Positions 20,253 through 30,125 of a stretch of DNA of 64,000 nt are shown in pieces. Source of the DNA: Candidatus Aminicenantes bacterium (GTDB lineage: Bacteria; Acidobacteriota; Aminicenantia; Aminicenantales; JAFGBC01); contig OY969696.1 of assembly GCA_963702005.1 (NCBI GenBank), positions 832,001 to 896,000 on the forward strand, read 5' to 3'. Both the position numbers and the translations under genes were made by a program. Below the pieces are notes generated by a model. The model was not told the DNA's origin. It worked only from the letters and a program-made list of their open reading frames with translations, and did no database searches. Each line of letters starts with the position of its first letter. Position 1 is the first letter of the stretch.

Positions 20253-21308
20253 ATGCGGAGAGTGAAAGCCCGGCTCGAACATCCCCCTCTATTGATGTTC
20301 CTCTTGGGCGGTATCGCCGGCGCGGCGGTCAACCTCGGGGTCACGCTCGCCCTCCGGGCGGGCTTGGGGGCGCCCGAGACGATAGCCTTTTTCCTGGGCA
20401 CCATGGCAAACCAGCTCTTCCATTATCTGTATTACAACTTCCTTTATGTGAATCGCGAAATCCGGCTCCGGACGCCCTTCCCGGTCAACCTTAGCCTCTA
20501 CGCTCTCGTGGCGGCCGGAGCGACCGTTCTTCTCATCCTCATCCGGAAGTCTCTCGGCTGGCCGCTCGTCCCGTCGCTTCTCGCCGTCATCGTGCTCCTG
20601 TCCGTCCTCAACTCCCTGGTGAACCGGATCTCGACCTTTTCGTCGGCCACTCTGGCCGAAGTCGAGTACCGCAACGTGGGAGAAAGTTTTTACGACGACC
20701 AAACCGACCGCGGCAAGGTCAGTCGCTTCCGGGCTTGGTACCACCGCTCCCGTTATGAGCGCCTCAAGGCGCTCATCGGTTCGGTTTGGCGTCAAGGGAT
20801 GAGGATCGTCGATTTAGGCTGCGGGAACTGCTGGTGGAACACGGACGGGATCCCGGTCACCGGGCTGGACGTGAACGAGAAGATGCTCCAGTGGGCCAAG
20901 CGCCACGGGCGCCTGACCGAGTATCGGGTCGAATCCGACCTGTCGCGGACCGGGCTGCCCGATCGGGCCTTAGATATTGTCGTTTGCTCAGAAACCCTGG
21001 AGCACCTCCTGAACTTCGAGGACGTTCTCAAAGAGATCCGCCGCATCCTCAAGGACGACGGGACGCTGGTCGTCACGGTTCCCTGGGATTTTTTCCTGGG
21101 TCCCTTTTTCGTGCTTTTCAATTTAAATTGTTTGTTCATGGCCTATGTCAAGGGCAGCCGTTATCATTTGTTTCGCTGCGGTCATATCAACCACTTTACC
21201 CGGAGACGCCTGAAGAAGGTCCTTGGGGAGGCGGGCTTCGAGGCGACTCGCTTGTCCGTGGTCAACGGGCTCCTTCTCTATGGAACCGCCCGAAAGAAAA
21301 CCTCCTAG
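20253..21308 (+). CDS. GtrA-like 4-TM domain fused to a class I SAM-dependent methyltransferase
   Basis: Four N-terminal hydrophobic helices; IVDLGCG, DIVVCSETLEHL, GHINHFT motifs. Start uncertain (20253 or 20262). Confidence 0.8.
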   Translation: MRRVKARLEHPPLLMFLLGGIAGAAVNLGVTLALRAGLGAPETIAFFLGTMANQLFHYLYYNFLYVNREIRLRTPFPVNLSLYALVAAGATVLLILIRKSLGWPLVPSLLAVIVLLSVLNSLVNRISTFSSATLAEVEYRNVGESFYDDQTDRGKVSRFRAWYHRSRYERLKALIGSVWRQGMRIVDLGCGNCWWNTDGIPVTGLDVNEKMLQWAKRHGRLTEYRVESDLSRTGLPDRALDIVVCSETLEHLLNFEDVLKEIRRILKDDGTLVVTVPWDFFLGPFFVLFNLNCLFMAYVKGSRYHLFRCGHINHFTRRRLKKVLGEAGFEATRLSVVNGLLLYGTARKKTS

Positions 21309-21363
21309 GCTGAGCCTTCGTCCGAGGTTTGACTCACCCCGGCGGTTAAACTAAAATGCGCCT

Positions 21364-22587
21364 GTGAAAAACAACGGCCGCCGCCCACGTTTCGGATTCT
21401 TCGCGCGCAGGTTTGGCGCCGCCGCGGCGGTCCTCCTCGGCATTTTGCTGCTGACCGAAACGGGCCTTCGGATCGCCGGGTATCGGCCCGTGAAGCCGGC
21501 GGCTCTCGTCCCGAGGGCGGAAAGCTCCTACCTGAGGCTTTCCCGGAATCCCGTCCTCCGCTATGAGCTCGGGCCCGGTTTCCAGCGCTCCATCCGGAAG
21601 ATCAGGGTTGCCGTCAACTCCCGCGGCATGCGGGGACCCGAGGTCGTCCCGGCCAAAGGCGATCGGATCCGGATCATCCTGTTAGAGGACTCCGTCCATG
21701 CCGGAACCCGCGAGCCTCAAACCTTCAGCCGGAAGCTCGAGCTTCAACTCCGCGCCGTCGATCCTCGCTTCGAGGTCCTCGACATGGGGGTGGACGGATA
21801 CGATACGCTCCAGGAAATTACGGCCCTCGGGCTGTACGGGCTTTCCCTCTCTCCCGATGTTGTCGTCCTCTGCTACGATCTGAACGATATCGGGATCACG
21901 CCCGTCGACCTTAGAGGGGCCGCACCCCCGCCCGGAGAAGAGAAAAAGTCCGCGCCCCGGCTCCTGACCTTCCAATGGATCAGCCGAACCCTAAGGCCGC
22001 GCGGAGAGGGCCGGCCGTCGGAAGGGCCGGCCGGCGGGGCCGATCCCTACGGGGATCTGTTCCCTCCCGCCCCGACGGATCCCTTCCTGGAGGGACAGTT
22101 CAAGCTCATCGCCGAAAGCCAGGCGGTCTTCGCCGCGGCGTCGGGGAACGGCGCCGCGCAAGCCGTGGTCGAAAAGCCGGGGCGTCTCTGGCTCAACCAA
22201 TACCTGAACCTCAAGAATATCGGGAAGATCCGCTACGCCTTCAATAAGCTCGAAGACATGGCCTTGGAATACGGATTCAAAGTCCTCATCGTCATTCTTC
22301 CTTTCTTTTATGAGGTCAACGGTCGCTACCTGGACGAGCCCGCCCATCGGATCATCCGGGAAGAAGCTTCCCCGCATGGATTCCCGGTCGCGGACCTCCT
22401 CCATCGTTTCCAAACCGCCGGGTTCGAACGCGTCAGCCGGGACGGCGTCAACTTGAGCGATTTCGGCCACGTCGTGCTGGCCAAAGCCTTATTCCGAGTT
22501 TTGGGCCGGTTCTATTATCCCGAGTTGGAGCGGGCCGCTGAAAGTCCGTCCAAAGCCGCCAAGACAAAGGAGAGTACGAGACGATGA
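21364..22587 (+). CDS. Membrane-anchored SGNH/GDSL-like protein
   Basis: N-terminal TM helix; NSRGMRG, LLEDS (variant block I), GVDGY, YDLND; DGVNL where DxxH is expected. Confidence 0.7.
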   Translation: MKNNGRRPRFGFFARRFGAAAAVLLGILLLTETGLRIAGYRPVKPAALVPRAESSYLRLSRNPVLRYELGPGFQRSIRKIRVAVNSRGMRGPEVVPAKGDRIRIILLEDSVHAGTREPQTFSRKLELQLRAVDPRFEVLDMGVDGYDTLQEITALGLYGLSLSPDVVVLCYDLNDIGITPVDLRGAAPPPGEEKKSAPRLLTFQWISRTLRPRGEGRPSEGPAGGADPYGDLFPPAPTDPFLEGQFKLIAESQAVFAAASGNGAAQAVVEKPGRLWLNQYLNLKNIGKIRYAFNKLEDMALEYGFKVLIVILPFFYEVNGRYLDEPAHRIIREEASPHGFPVADLLHRFQTAGFERVSRDGVNLSDFGHVVLAKALFRVLGRFYYPELERAAESPSKAAKTKESTRR

Positions 22588-25004
22588 CCACAAGCGAAGC
22601 GAAGCGCGGCCCGGCCCTGACCTATCTATTCCTGTTCCTGACATCGTTCTCGATCCTGACGCTGGAGATCACCTATGCCCGGATCTTCTCCGTCCTGACC
22701 TACTACCATTTTACCTCGATGATCATCAGCGTCGCCCTGCTCGGGTTCGGGGCGGCCGGCGCCTCCATCAGCCTCCGCTTCCGGAAGGATCGAATGGAGG
22801 AGGGGTTCCTGGGGTCGAGCCTTCTCTTTTTCTTCGGCTCGATCCTGTTCTCCTTCTACCTCATCATCAAGATCAGCTTCTATCCCCTCGAATGGAGCGC
22901 CGATTGGACGAACCAGCTGACCCTGGTCTTCTTCTACCTCGTCCTCGGGCTCCCGTTCTTCTTCGGCGGCCGGGTCATCAGCGGACTGTTCAGCCTCTAC
23001 CCGGAGCGGGCCAACGCCCTCTATTTCTTCGACCTGGTCGGCGCCGGGCTGGGGAGCCTGGGGGTCGTCGTCCTGTTCGAGGTCCTGTCGGCTCCGCTCA
23101 TCCTTCATGTCCTGGCCCTCGCCGGATTCCTGCTCCTGCTGCCGGCGGCCCGCTTCGGCCGACGGGTTCGACTCGGCGCGTTGGCTTGTCTTCTTCTCTC
23201 CGGCTTCTTCACCTACAAGCTGGCCGTGGAAAATCCGATCCTCGTCTACCCGCCGCCCTCCAAAGCCATGTTCCAGTATGCGCCGCCCTGGAAGGGGTCC
23301 GGGGCCATCGACTATTCCAAGTGGAACGTCATCGAACGGGTCGACGTGACCAAGCCCCAGGTCCGGAACGTTTGGGGGTTCGGGGGCGAGATCAGCCCCA
23401 TCTTCAGCGACCGGCAATGCGAGCTCCGCTACATTTTCAAGGACGGGATCCTCTCCTCGGGGATCATGAAGATCGATAAAAAGATTTCCGATTACGATTT
23501 CTTTTCCGGCTATATCATGGCGGCGCCCTACTACCTGTCGGCCGAACGCTTCCGCTCGACGGTCGTCATCGGCCCGGGCGGCGGCATCGACATCCTGATC
23601 GCGCTCTACCACCGGGTCTCAAACGTCATCGGCGTCGAGCTCAACCCGGAGAAGGTCCGGCTCCTCGAGGACAGGTACTATCAGTATTCGGGCCGGCTCA
23701 AGGACCACTGCACGCTCGTGCCCTGGGAAGGCCGCCATTTCCTGAGCCGCTACCGGGGCAAGGTCGACGTCATCACGACCAGCGGGCTGGACGACTACCC
23801 GGCCCTGTCCTCCGGCTCCTATGCCCTGTCCGAGCATTATATCCTGACCGTCGAGGCGATCGGGGCCATGCTCGATCACCTGACGGAGCGGGGCGTCATC
23901 TCCATCACCCGGGTTGCCTTCGACCCGCCCCGAGAGGAATTCAAGCTCGTCACGACCATGAAGGAAGCCCTGGCCCGGGCCGGCGTCGCCGACCCTTCGA
24001 AGCATTTCGCCCTGGTCAAGGGGCAGCTCTGGACCAACGTCATGCTTAAGAAGACCCCCTTCGAGCCCGGCGAGATCGCCGGACTTAAAGAGTGGGCCGC
24101 GCGGATGAAGTATAATTTCCTGTATCTGCCGGACGAGCCCCGGGACAATCCGGTCGATCAGTACATCAGGCTGGCCCGGACCGCCGAGAAAAGCTTCGTC
24201 AAGGACTATCCCTATAAGATCTCGCCGGCCTGGGATGACGCGCCGTTCTTTTTCCAGTACTACAAGTGGAGCAGCCTGTTCGCCCGGAAATCCTACCGCT
24301 GGGTCTACGACCAACTCGTCCCCCTCGGCATGCGGATCGCCTTCTTCAGCCTCGTCCAGGTGACCCTGCTCGGCCTGTTGTTCATCGCCGTCCCGCTCGG
24401 CGCCCTCAAGCTGGGCCGGAGCCGCGACTGGACGCGGCCGCTCCTCTATTTCGGGGCGCTCGGGTTCGGCTACATCCTGATCGAGATCGTCCTCATCCAG
24501 AAGTTGAACTATTTCCTGGGCGGGGCGGTCTACGCCCTGGCGGTGACTCTGTTTGCGCTCCTGACCTTCTCGGGCCTGGGAAGTTTCTTCGCCCGCAAGA
24601 AGGCCGTCAACCGGCCGTTCCTGATCCGGGTCATCGGCGCCGTCATGGGCCTCTGCCTGATCTATTTGGTGGGGCTCCACGGGCTCTTGGGCCTTCTGAT
24701 GCCTCTCGGCCGGACCCTGCGCATCGCCGCGACGGCCCTCATCATCGCGCCGCTCGGCTTCGTGATGGGCATCCCCTTCCCGTCCGGAATCCGGATGCTC
24801 AAGGTCCGGAGCCTGGAGGCGATCGTTCCCTGGTGCTGGGGCGCCAACTCGATCTTCACCGTGTTCGGATCCGTCTTCTCGCTCATCGTCAGCCTCAATT
24901 GGGGATTCAACTTGACCCTCCTCCTCGGCGTCGCGGCCTACGGCGTCGCCCTGGCCGGAGTTTCGGCCTTTTTCCCGGCGACGAAACGGACCGGCCATGT
25001 TTAA
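22584..25004 (+). CDS. Multi-TM protein with a central spermidine-synthase-like (SAM/dcSAM-binding) domain
   Basis: TM blocks flank a soluble domain with VIGPGGGIDI and GVELNP; YFFDLVGAG and WGANSIFTV motifs typical of the family. Confidence 0.8.
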   Translation: MTTSEAKRGPALTYLFLFLTSFSILTLEITYARIFSVLTYYHFTSMIISVALLGFGAAGASISLRFRKDRMEEGFLGSSLLFFFGSILFSFYLIIKISFYPLEWSADWTNQLTLVFFYLVLGLPFFFGGRVISGLFSLYPERANALYFFDLVGAGLGSLGVVVLFEVLSAPLILHVLALAGFLLLLPAARFGRRVRLGALACLLLSGFFTYKLAVENPILVYPPPSKAMFQYAPPWKGSGAIDYSKWNVIERVDVTKPQVRNVWGFGGEISPIFSDRQCELRYIFKDGILSSGIMKIDKKISDYDFFSGYIMAAPYYLSAERFRSTVVIGPGGGIDILIALYHRVSNVIGVELNPEKVRLLEDRYYQYSGRLKDHCTLVPWEGRHFLSRYRGKVDVITTSGLDDYPALSSGSYALSEHYILTVEAIGAMLDHLTERGVISITRVAFDPPREEFKLVTTMKEALARAGVADPSKHFALVKGQLWTNVMLKKTPFEPGEIAGLKEWAARMKYNFLYLPDEPRDNPVDQYIRLARTAEKSFVKDYPYKISPAWDDAPFFFQYYKWSSLFARKSYRWVYDQLVPLGMRIAFFSLVQVTLLGLLFIAVPLGALKLGRSRDWTRPLLYFGALGFGYILIEIVLIQKLNYFLGGAVYALAVTLFALLTFSGLGSFFARKKAVNRPFLIRVIGAVMGLCLIYLVGLHGLLGLLMPLGRTLRIAATALIIAPLGFVMGIPFPSGIRMLKVRSLEAIVPWCWGANSIFTVFGSVFSLIVSLNWGFNLTLLLGVAAYGVALAGVSAFFPATKRTGHV

Positions 25005-25983
25005 AAGGAAGCGGAAATCCCTGCCGAATATCCTGGCCGCCGGGCTCGTCCTGGCCGGGGCGTTCACCTGCTGCGGAAACAAAGACCGGGAGCCCGGACG
25101 AGCGGCGACGGGATTCCAATCGTCCGGCCCTCAGACGCCGTTCAAGGGACGGATCGTCTTTCAGTCCGACCTCGACGGGGACGACGAAATCTTCCTCCTG
25201 ACCCCGGACGGGTTGAAGAAGCTGACCGATAACGCCTGGAACGACGAATTCCCCAAATGGTCGCCGGACGGCACCCGGATCGCGTTCATGGCCAATCCCG
25301 ACGGACCCTATGAGCTGTTCGTGATGAACGCCGACGGGAGCGGGCTGGCCCCGCTCGGCCCCCGGGAGGGCCGGGCGCGGAGCCGGATCGGGTTCGCCGG
25401 TCTGGCCTGGTCTCCGGACGGGGCGACGATCGCCTTCACCGTCGAGAAAAAGAAGGGCCTTTTCCGGAGCTACAACACTTGGGCCGTGGACGTCGCGACG
25501 GGCCGGATCGAAAAATTCCTACCCTGGTTCGACGGCCAGATCGCCTCCCCCAATTTTTCGGCGCCGACGCCGTTTGTGGTTTTTACCGGCAAAAAAACCA
25601 TAGGCTGGGACGTCGCCCTGGCCGATCTCAACGCGCGCAAGGCCGTCTTCATCTCGGAAGGCCAGGGAGCCTGCCGGCCTCATTTCGCGCCGGACGGGCG
25701 GACCGTCGCCTACGTCTCGCACGCCGCGGACGGGAAGGGCGACATCTGGCTCATGGACCCGGACGGGGCGAACAAGCGGCGGCTGACCGAAAGGGACGGA
25801 ACTTACGATTATTTTCCGGGCTGGTCGCCCGACGGGAAACGGATCGTCTTCTGCTCGAATGCCGAGAGCCAATACCCCTACGAGGGACACTGGGCGCTCT
25901 GGATCGTTGAGGTCGAGACCAAGGCGGCGTCGCTTCTTTTCGATTCTCCCGGCCGGGACGTCTTTCCCGACTGGCATGAATGA
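24997..25983 (+). CDS. TolB-like PD40-repeat beta-propeller, probable lipoprotein
   Basis: Repeated P.WSPDG..I.F motifs; Cys at the end of the signal peptide. Confidence 0.85.
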   Translation: MFKRKRKSLPNILAAGLVLAGAFTCCGNKDREPGRAATGFQSSGPQTPFKGRIVFQSDLDGDDEIFLLTPDGLKKLTDNAWNDEFPKWSPDGTRIAFMANPDGPYELFVMNADGSGLAPLGPREGRARSRIGFAGLAWSPDGATIAFTVEKKKGLFRSYNTWAVDVATGRIEKFLPWFDGQIASPNFSAPTPFVVFTGKKTIGWDVALADLNARKAVFISEGQGACRPHFAPDGRTVAYVSHAADGKGDIWLMDPDGANKRRLTERDGTYDYFPGWSPDGKRIVFCSNAESQYPYEGHWALWIVEVETKAASLLFDSPGRDVFPDWHE

Positions 25984-26004
25984 GGGGACGTCCGGGCGGT
26001 CCGC

Positions 26005-26982
26005 TCAGGGCATCTTCTTGAACAGAGCCTTCCAGAGATACTCGGTCGGGATCCCCAGAACCTGCCTCCGCCACAGCCGGTCGCAGCTCGCGCAGGGCTC
26101 GAGTCCGGCGTAATCCTTCCGCAACAGCCGTTCCCTGAGCCCGACCAAGGCCGGGCCGTTCCAGATCTCGGCCAACGATTGATCCCTGACGTTGTCCAGC
26201 TTGAGGAGGCCGGTGAAGTCTTGGGTGCAGGGGAGGACGTCCCCGCTCCAGAAGATGATCAGGGCCGACCAGAGGAAAGAGCAGGGAGAGTACCCGTGAT
26301 CGCGCCGGAGAGTCCCCAGGTCGCCCGCCCAGTTGTGGTACTCCTTGATGTCCAGGCCGTCGAGGGGGAGGCCCTTGAACTGGGCCAGAAATTTATTCCT
26401 GGCGTCTTTGTCCCTGCTCCTATAGCGTTCGGGCATGTCGATGAGCTCGAGGAACGTCGCCGGCTTGCGGGCGCCGAGCTCCTTCTTGAGCTCGAGGAAG
26501 CGGAGGATGTTGCCGACGGTCCGCTCGAAATCGGACTTGACCCGGATCGCCTGGTAAGTTTCGGCGTCGTAGCCGTCGAACGAGAAGGAGAACTGGTCGA
26601 GGCCGGAGGCGAGGAGTGCCCGGGCCTTGTCCTCGTCGAGGAGGGTCCCGTTCGTATGGAACTTGGTCACGATCCCCTTGTCGTGGGCGTAGCGGACCAT
26701 GTCGAAGAAGCGGGGATGGAGGAGGCTCTCGCCCCGGTGGAGGAGATGGACTTCATAGACGAAGCCGGCCGCTTCGTCGGCGATCTTCTTGAACAGGTCG
26801 AAATCCATGTATCCCTTCTGCTCTTGGGGGAGGTTCTTGTTGGGACACATGACGCAGGCCAGGTTGCACCAGCTGGTGGCCTCGATCCAGAGCCGGATCG
26901 GGAGGTAGGCGAGACGCGTCCGCTTCCGCTTATAGCTCCTGAAGATTCGGGCCAGCCGCTTGTAGTACTCGAGTTTCGTCAT
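26005..26982 (-). CDS. Radical SAM/SPASM (twitch) domain protein
   Basis: CNLACVMC, GESLLHP, TNG, and C-terminal C..G.V.PC...C..C. Confidence 0.92.
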   Translation of the reverse strand: MTKLEYYKRLARIFRSYKRKRTRLAYLPIRLWIEATSWCNLACVMCPNKNLPQEQKGYMDFDLFKKIADEAAGFVYEVHLLHRGESLLHPRFFDMVRYAHDKGIVTKFHTNGTLLDEDKARALLASGLDQFSFSFDGYDAETYQAIRVKSDFERTVGNILRFLELKKELGARKPATFLELIDMPERYRSRDKDARNKFLAQFKGLPLDGLDIKEYHNWAGDLGTLRRDHGYSPCSFLWSALIIFWSGDVLPCTQDFTGLLKLDNVRDQSLAEIWNGPALVGLRERLLRKDYAGLEPCASCDRLWRRQVLGIPTEYLWKALFKKMP

Positions 26983-27031
26983 GAGCGGCCTCTATCTTAG
27001 CATGTTCCTCGCGCTTCGGGAATGCTCGATC

Positions 27032-27308
27032 GCGCAGGAACGGCGGAGACCCGACCGGCCTTGTTCCCCTTCGGGTTTTTAACGCCGTTTCCTCGCCGCT
27101 CTTCTCGGCTCCTGCGGAGCTCGCACGTTCGATCTTAGCCTTCGAGCATGATCCAGTAGTTAATATGCCAACCTTCATAGCTTTGGGGAATAGCTCGAGA
27201 GTCCTCGTCGCCCGCAAAGCCGGGTTCCCTCGAAGCGCGGCTCGGAAAGGCTAAACCCTCAATGGTCGCTGCGGCCGGTCGGGTCTCCGCCGAGTGCGCA
27301 GTCCCTTG
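27032..27308 (-). ncRNA. Candidate structured non-coding RNA, family unknown
   Basis: Perfect 20-bp closing inverted repeat (27041-27060 / 27273-27292), nested internal stems, G-U pairs that favour the minus strand, and TATAAT at 27320-27315. Confidence 0.55.
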
Positions 27309-27373
27309 AGCGGAATTATAGTTGCGCAATAAACAAGCCTAAAAGGGGAGCAAAGCCGGCCCGTTCTCCGGCA

Positions 27374-28171
27374 CTATCCTTTAAGCAATCCTAATAAGCG
27401 GACCCAGCGTTCGATGGAAACCTCCTCGGGCCGGGCGGTTTTCGGGAGGTCGAGCGCGGCCAGAGCCCGTCCGGCCGCTTCGGCCGGGATGCCGTAGCGG
27501 AGGAGGCCGTTATACAGGGTCTTGCGGCGCTGCTCGAACACGGTCCGCAGGAAGTTCCGGAAGCCCGGCTCGTCCTCCAGGGCATAGAGGGGGGCCGGCC
27601 GCGGACGCAACGAGATGAGGGCCGAGTCGACCTTGGGCGGCGGCGCGAACGAGCCCGGCGCCACTTTGAAAAGGAGCCGGACTTCGAAATGGAGCTGAAA
27701 CAGGATGGACAGGGGCGCGAAGGCTTTCCGGCCCGGCCCGGCCGCCAGCCGCTCGGCGACTTCCTTTTGGATGAGGAAAACGCCCTGGGCGAAGCGAGTT
27801 CGCAGGTCGAGGACCTTGAACAAGAGGGGCGTCGAGATCGAATAGGGGAGGTTCCCCGCGATCTTGACGGTCCAGTGAGAGGGCGCGCTTTCGAGGAGCG
27901 GCGCCCAATCGAGCTCGAGGGCGTCCCCCTCGACGAGGGTCAGTCCGGGAAGGCCCAGCTCCGCCAGACGGCGGACGAGGGCGGGGTCCTTTTCGACGGC
28001 GACGACGCGTCCCGCTTTCCCGCACAGTCGCGCCGTCAAGGCCCCCGGCCCCGGCCCGATCTCCAGGATGAAGTCCTCCGGGCCGGGCGCGATCGCGGCC
28101 GTGATCCGGTCCAGGATGCGGGGATTCTTGAGGAAGTGCTGGCCGAGGACTTGCCGTTTCGTTCGTTTCAT
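27374..28171 (-). CDS. rsmA: 16S rRNA (adenine1518/1519-N6)-dimethyltransferase
   Basis: LGQHFL, LEIGPGPG, GNLPYSIS, QKEVAER, FAPPPKVDS. Confidence 0.96.
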   Translation of the reverse strand: MKRTKRQVLGQHFLKNPRILDRITAAIAPGPEDFILEIGPGPGALTARLCGKAGRVVAVEKDPALVRRLAELGLPGLTLVEGDALELDWAPLLESAPSHWTVKIAGNLPYSISTPLLFKVLDLRTRFAQGVFLIQKEVAERLAAGPGRKAFAPLSILFQLHFEVRLLFKVAPGSFAPPPKVDSALISLRPRPAPLYALEDEPGFRNFLRTVFEQRRKTLYNGLLRYGIPAEAAGRALAALDLPKTARPEEVSIERWVRLLGLLKG

Positions 28172-28190
28172 GGGGGCCCGAAGCCGGCGC

Positions 28191-28937
28191 TCAGACCCTT
28201 TTCACGTTCGCCGGCGTGTATCTCCGCTTGAACTTGACGGCCATGAGCAGGGTCTCGATGAGCGTCAGCGCGCTGAGCTTGGTCTTGCCCCGGGTGCGGT
28301 CGATGAATTCGATCGGGACTTCCCCGATCCGGAACCCGAGGAGCTGGGCCTTGCGCAGGGTTTCCAGGACGACCGAGGGGCCGACCGAGATGAGGTCGTC
28401 GAGGTCGAGCGCCTCGAGGACCTCGCGCCGGAAACAGCGGAAGCCGGAGGAAACGTCCTTGACGCGGATCCGGAACAGGCGCCGGATGAAGAGACTGACG
28501 AGAATGGTGACGATGCGGCGGATGAGGCCGCGGTCGGCGTCCCGGCCGCCCTTGACCAGCCGCGAGCCGAGGACGAGGTCGTAGTCCCGGGCGGCCGCGA
28601 CCAGGGCCGGGATGAATCGGGGCTGGTGGGAGAAATCGCCGTCCATCTCGACGACGAGGTCGGGAGCTGGGACAAGGCTGGCCTTGAAGCCGTCGATCCC
28701 CCCGCTCCCCCGCCCGCGGCGTTTGGTCCGGAGAAGGAGGTGGACGCGACGGTCGGCCGCGGCCATGTCTCGGACGACGGCGGCCGTCCCGTCCGGCGAG
28801 TCGTCGTCGGCGACCAGGACTTCGAGGTCGGCGTCCAGGGGCAGGGCCAGGATCGCGGCGACCAGGTCGCGGATGTTCTCCGCCTCGTTGTAGGTCGGGA
28901 TCATGGCCACGACCTTGGGACGCAGGCTTCCGCTCAT
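28191..28937 (-). CDS. GT2 polyprenol-monophosphomannose synthase-like glycosyltransferase
   Basis: IPTYNEAENI, DDDSPDGT, MDGDFSHQP, DVSSGFRCFR. Confidence 0.9.
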   Translation of the reverse strand: MSGSLRPKVVAMIPTYNEAENIRDLVAAILALPLDADLEVLVADDDSPDGTAAVVRDMAAADRRVHLLLRTKRRGRGSGGIDGFKASLVPAPDLVVEMDGDFSHQPRFIPALVAAARDYDLVLGSRLVKGGRDADRGLIRRIVTILVSLFIRRLFRIRVKDVSSGFRCFRREVLEALDLDDLISVGPSVVLETLRKAQLLGFRIGEVPIEFIDRTRGKTKLSALTLIETLLMAVKFKRRYTPANVKRV

Positions 28938-28944
28938 GGTCCCG

Positions 28945-30039
28945 TCAGATGAGCTTCCGGACTTCTTCATAGACACGCTCGGGGGAGAGGCCTTTCATGC
29001 AGACGGTGTCCGGGCAGGTCTGTCTGTAACAGGGCGCGCAGTCGGCGCCGGCGAAGAGCTTGACGCCCCGCCCGTAGAGGTCGATCTCCTGGGGGCAGGT
29101 CGGACCGAACAGGGCGACGATCTTTTTCTTGAGGCCGATCGCGATATGCATGCCCAGCGTGTCCGAGGTTACGACGGCGTCCATACGGGCGATAAATCCG
29201 GCGAATTCGAGAAGCGTGTTGTCGCAGCCCGTGTTGTGGACGCGCGGGCCCGCGCCGCGCGCCAGGGTTTCGTTCATCTTTTTCTCGCGGGGCCCGCCCA
29301 GGAGGAAGACGTCGGCGCCGAGCTTGCCGGTCAGCATCCCGATGAGCTTCCTGTAGTAAGCCACCGGCCACTGTTTGGTCTCGAACTTCGTCCCGGCCCC
29401 GGTGTTGAGGCCGACGGCGGGCTTCTTTCCCGCGATCCGCTTGGTCTTGAAGAACGCCTCCGCCTTGGCGCGAGCCTCGTCCCGGAGCTCGAAGACATAT
29501 TCGTTGCGGCGGTAGTCGACTTCGGCCGCTTCGGCGGCGATCTCCTGGTAGGTCTTCTCGTTCCGGCGGAACTTGAGGTCGTCGTCGACGCCCAGCCGGT
29601 AGGCGTAGGAAGCCGCTTCGTTGAAGGTTATGAGCGCCCCGTCCTTGTTCAGGCCGAACCCGTACTTGCGGCCGCTCCGGACCCGGGTCGCCAGGGCCGT
29701 CAGGGCCGGCTCCTTATCGAGGCAGTAGAGGGCGTCGAATTCCTCGACCTGGAGGGAAAGGATGCTCTCGAGGTTGAAGGGCAGAATCCGGTGGAGGTAG
29801 GGATTGTTGTCCAGCAGCTCGACGCTCTCCGGATCGACGACCCAGCTGATGATGCCTCCGGAATGCTTGAGGCGGAGACCGGGCAGGAGCGGCGTCGTCC
29901 TCAGGACGTCGCCCTGGGCCCGGCACTTGATGACGAGGACTTTGGGGCCGATCGCCTTGAAATCGGGGCAGTCCTCGCAGACCCGCTTGAAGCGGCAGGG
30001 CTTGTCGCCCCGGAAGTGCACGCAGTCGTTTCGGATCAT
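28945..30039 (-). CDS. GT9 (heptosyltransferase-like) glycosyltransferase
   Basis: GDVLRTTPLL, KQWP, DTLGMHIA, ALFGPT; Cys-rich N-terminus. Confidence 0.9.
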   Translation of the reverse strand: MIRNDCVHFRGDKPCRFKRVCEDCPDFKAIGPKVLVIKCRAQGDVLRTTPLLPGLRLKHSGGIISWVVDPESVELLDNNPYLHRILPFNLESILSLQVEEFDALYCLDKEPALTALATRVRSGRKYGFGLNKDGALITFNEAASYAYRLGVDDDLKFRRNEKTYQEIAAEAAEVDYRRNEYVFELRDEARAKAEAFFKTKRIAGKKPAVGLNTGAGTKFETKQWPVAYYRKLIGMLTGKLGADVFLLGGPREKKMNETLARGAGPRVHNTGCDNTLLEFAGFIARMDAVVTSDTLGMHIAIGLKKKIVALFGPTCPQEIDLYGRGVKLFAGADCAPCYRQTCPDTVCMKGLSPERVYEEVRKLI

Positions 30040-30125
30040 CAGGGAAGCCTTCCGTCCGGAATTAATAGTTATTTATGCCACAACTCGGCGGGAAAGACAA
30101 GGGATGGGCGGCCCAGCCGTAGCGG

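Noticed and set aside
27032-27308. tmRNA, SRP RNA, RNase P RNA, cobalamin/SAM/c-di-GMP riboswitch, or retron msr-msd
   Set aside because: Diagnostic motifs are absent (tRNA-like ends and AA-ending tag, SRP helix 8, GAGGAAAGUCC, B12 box), and there is no reverse transcriptase in the window. Kept as an unknown RNA candidate.
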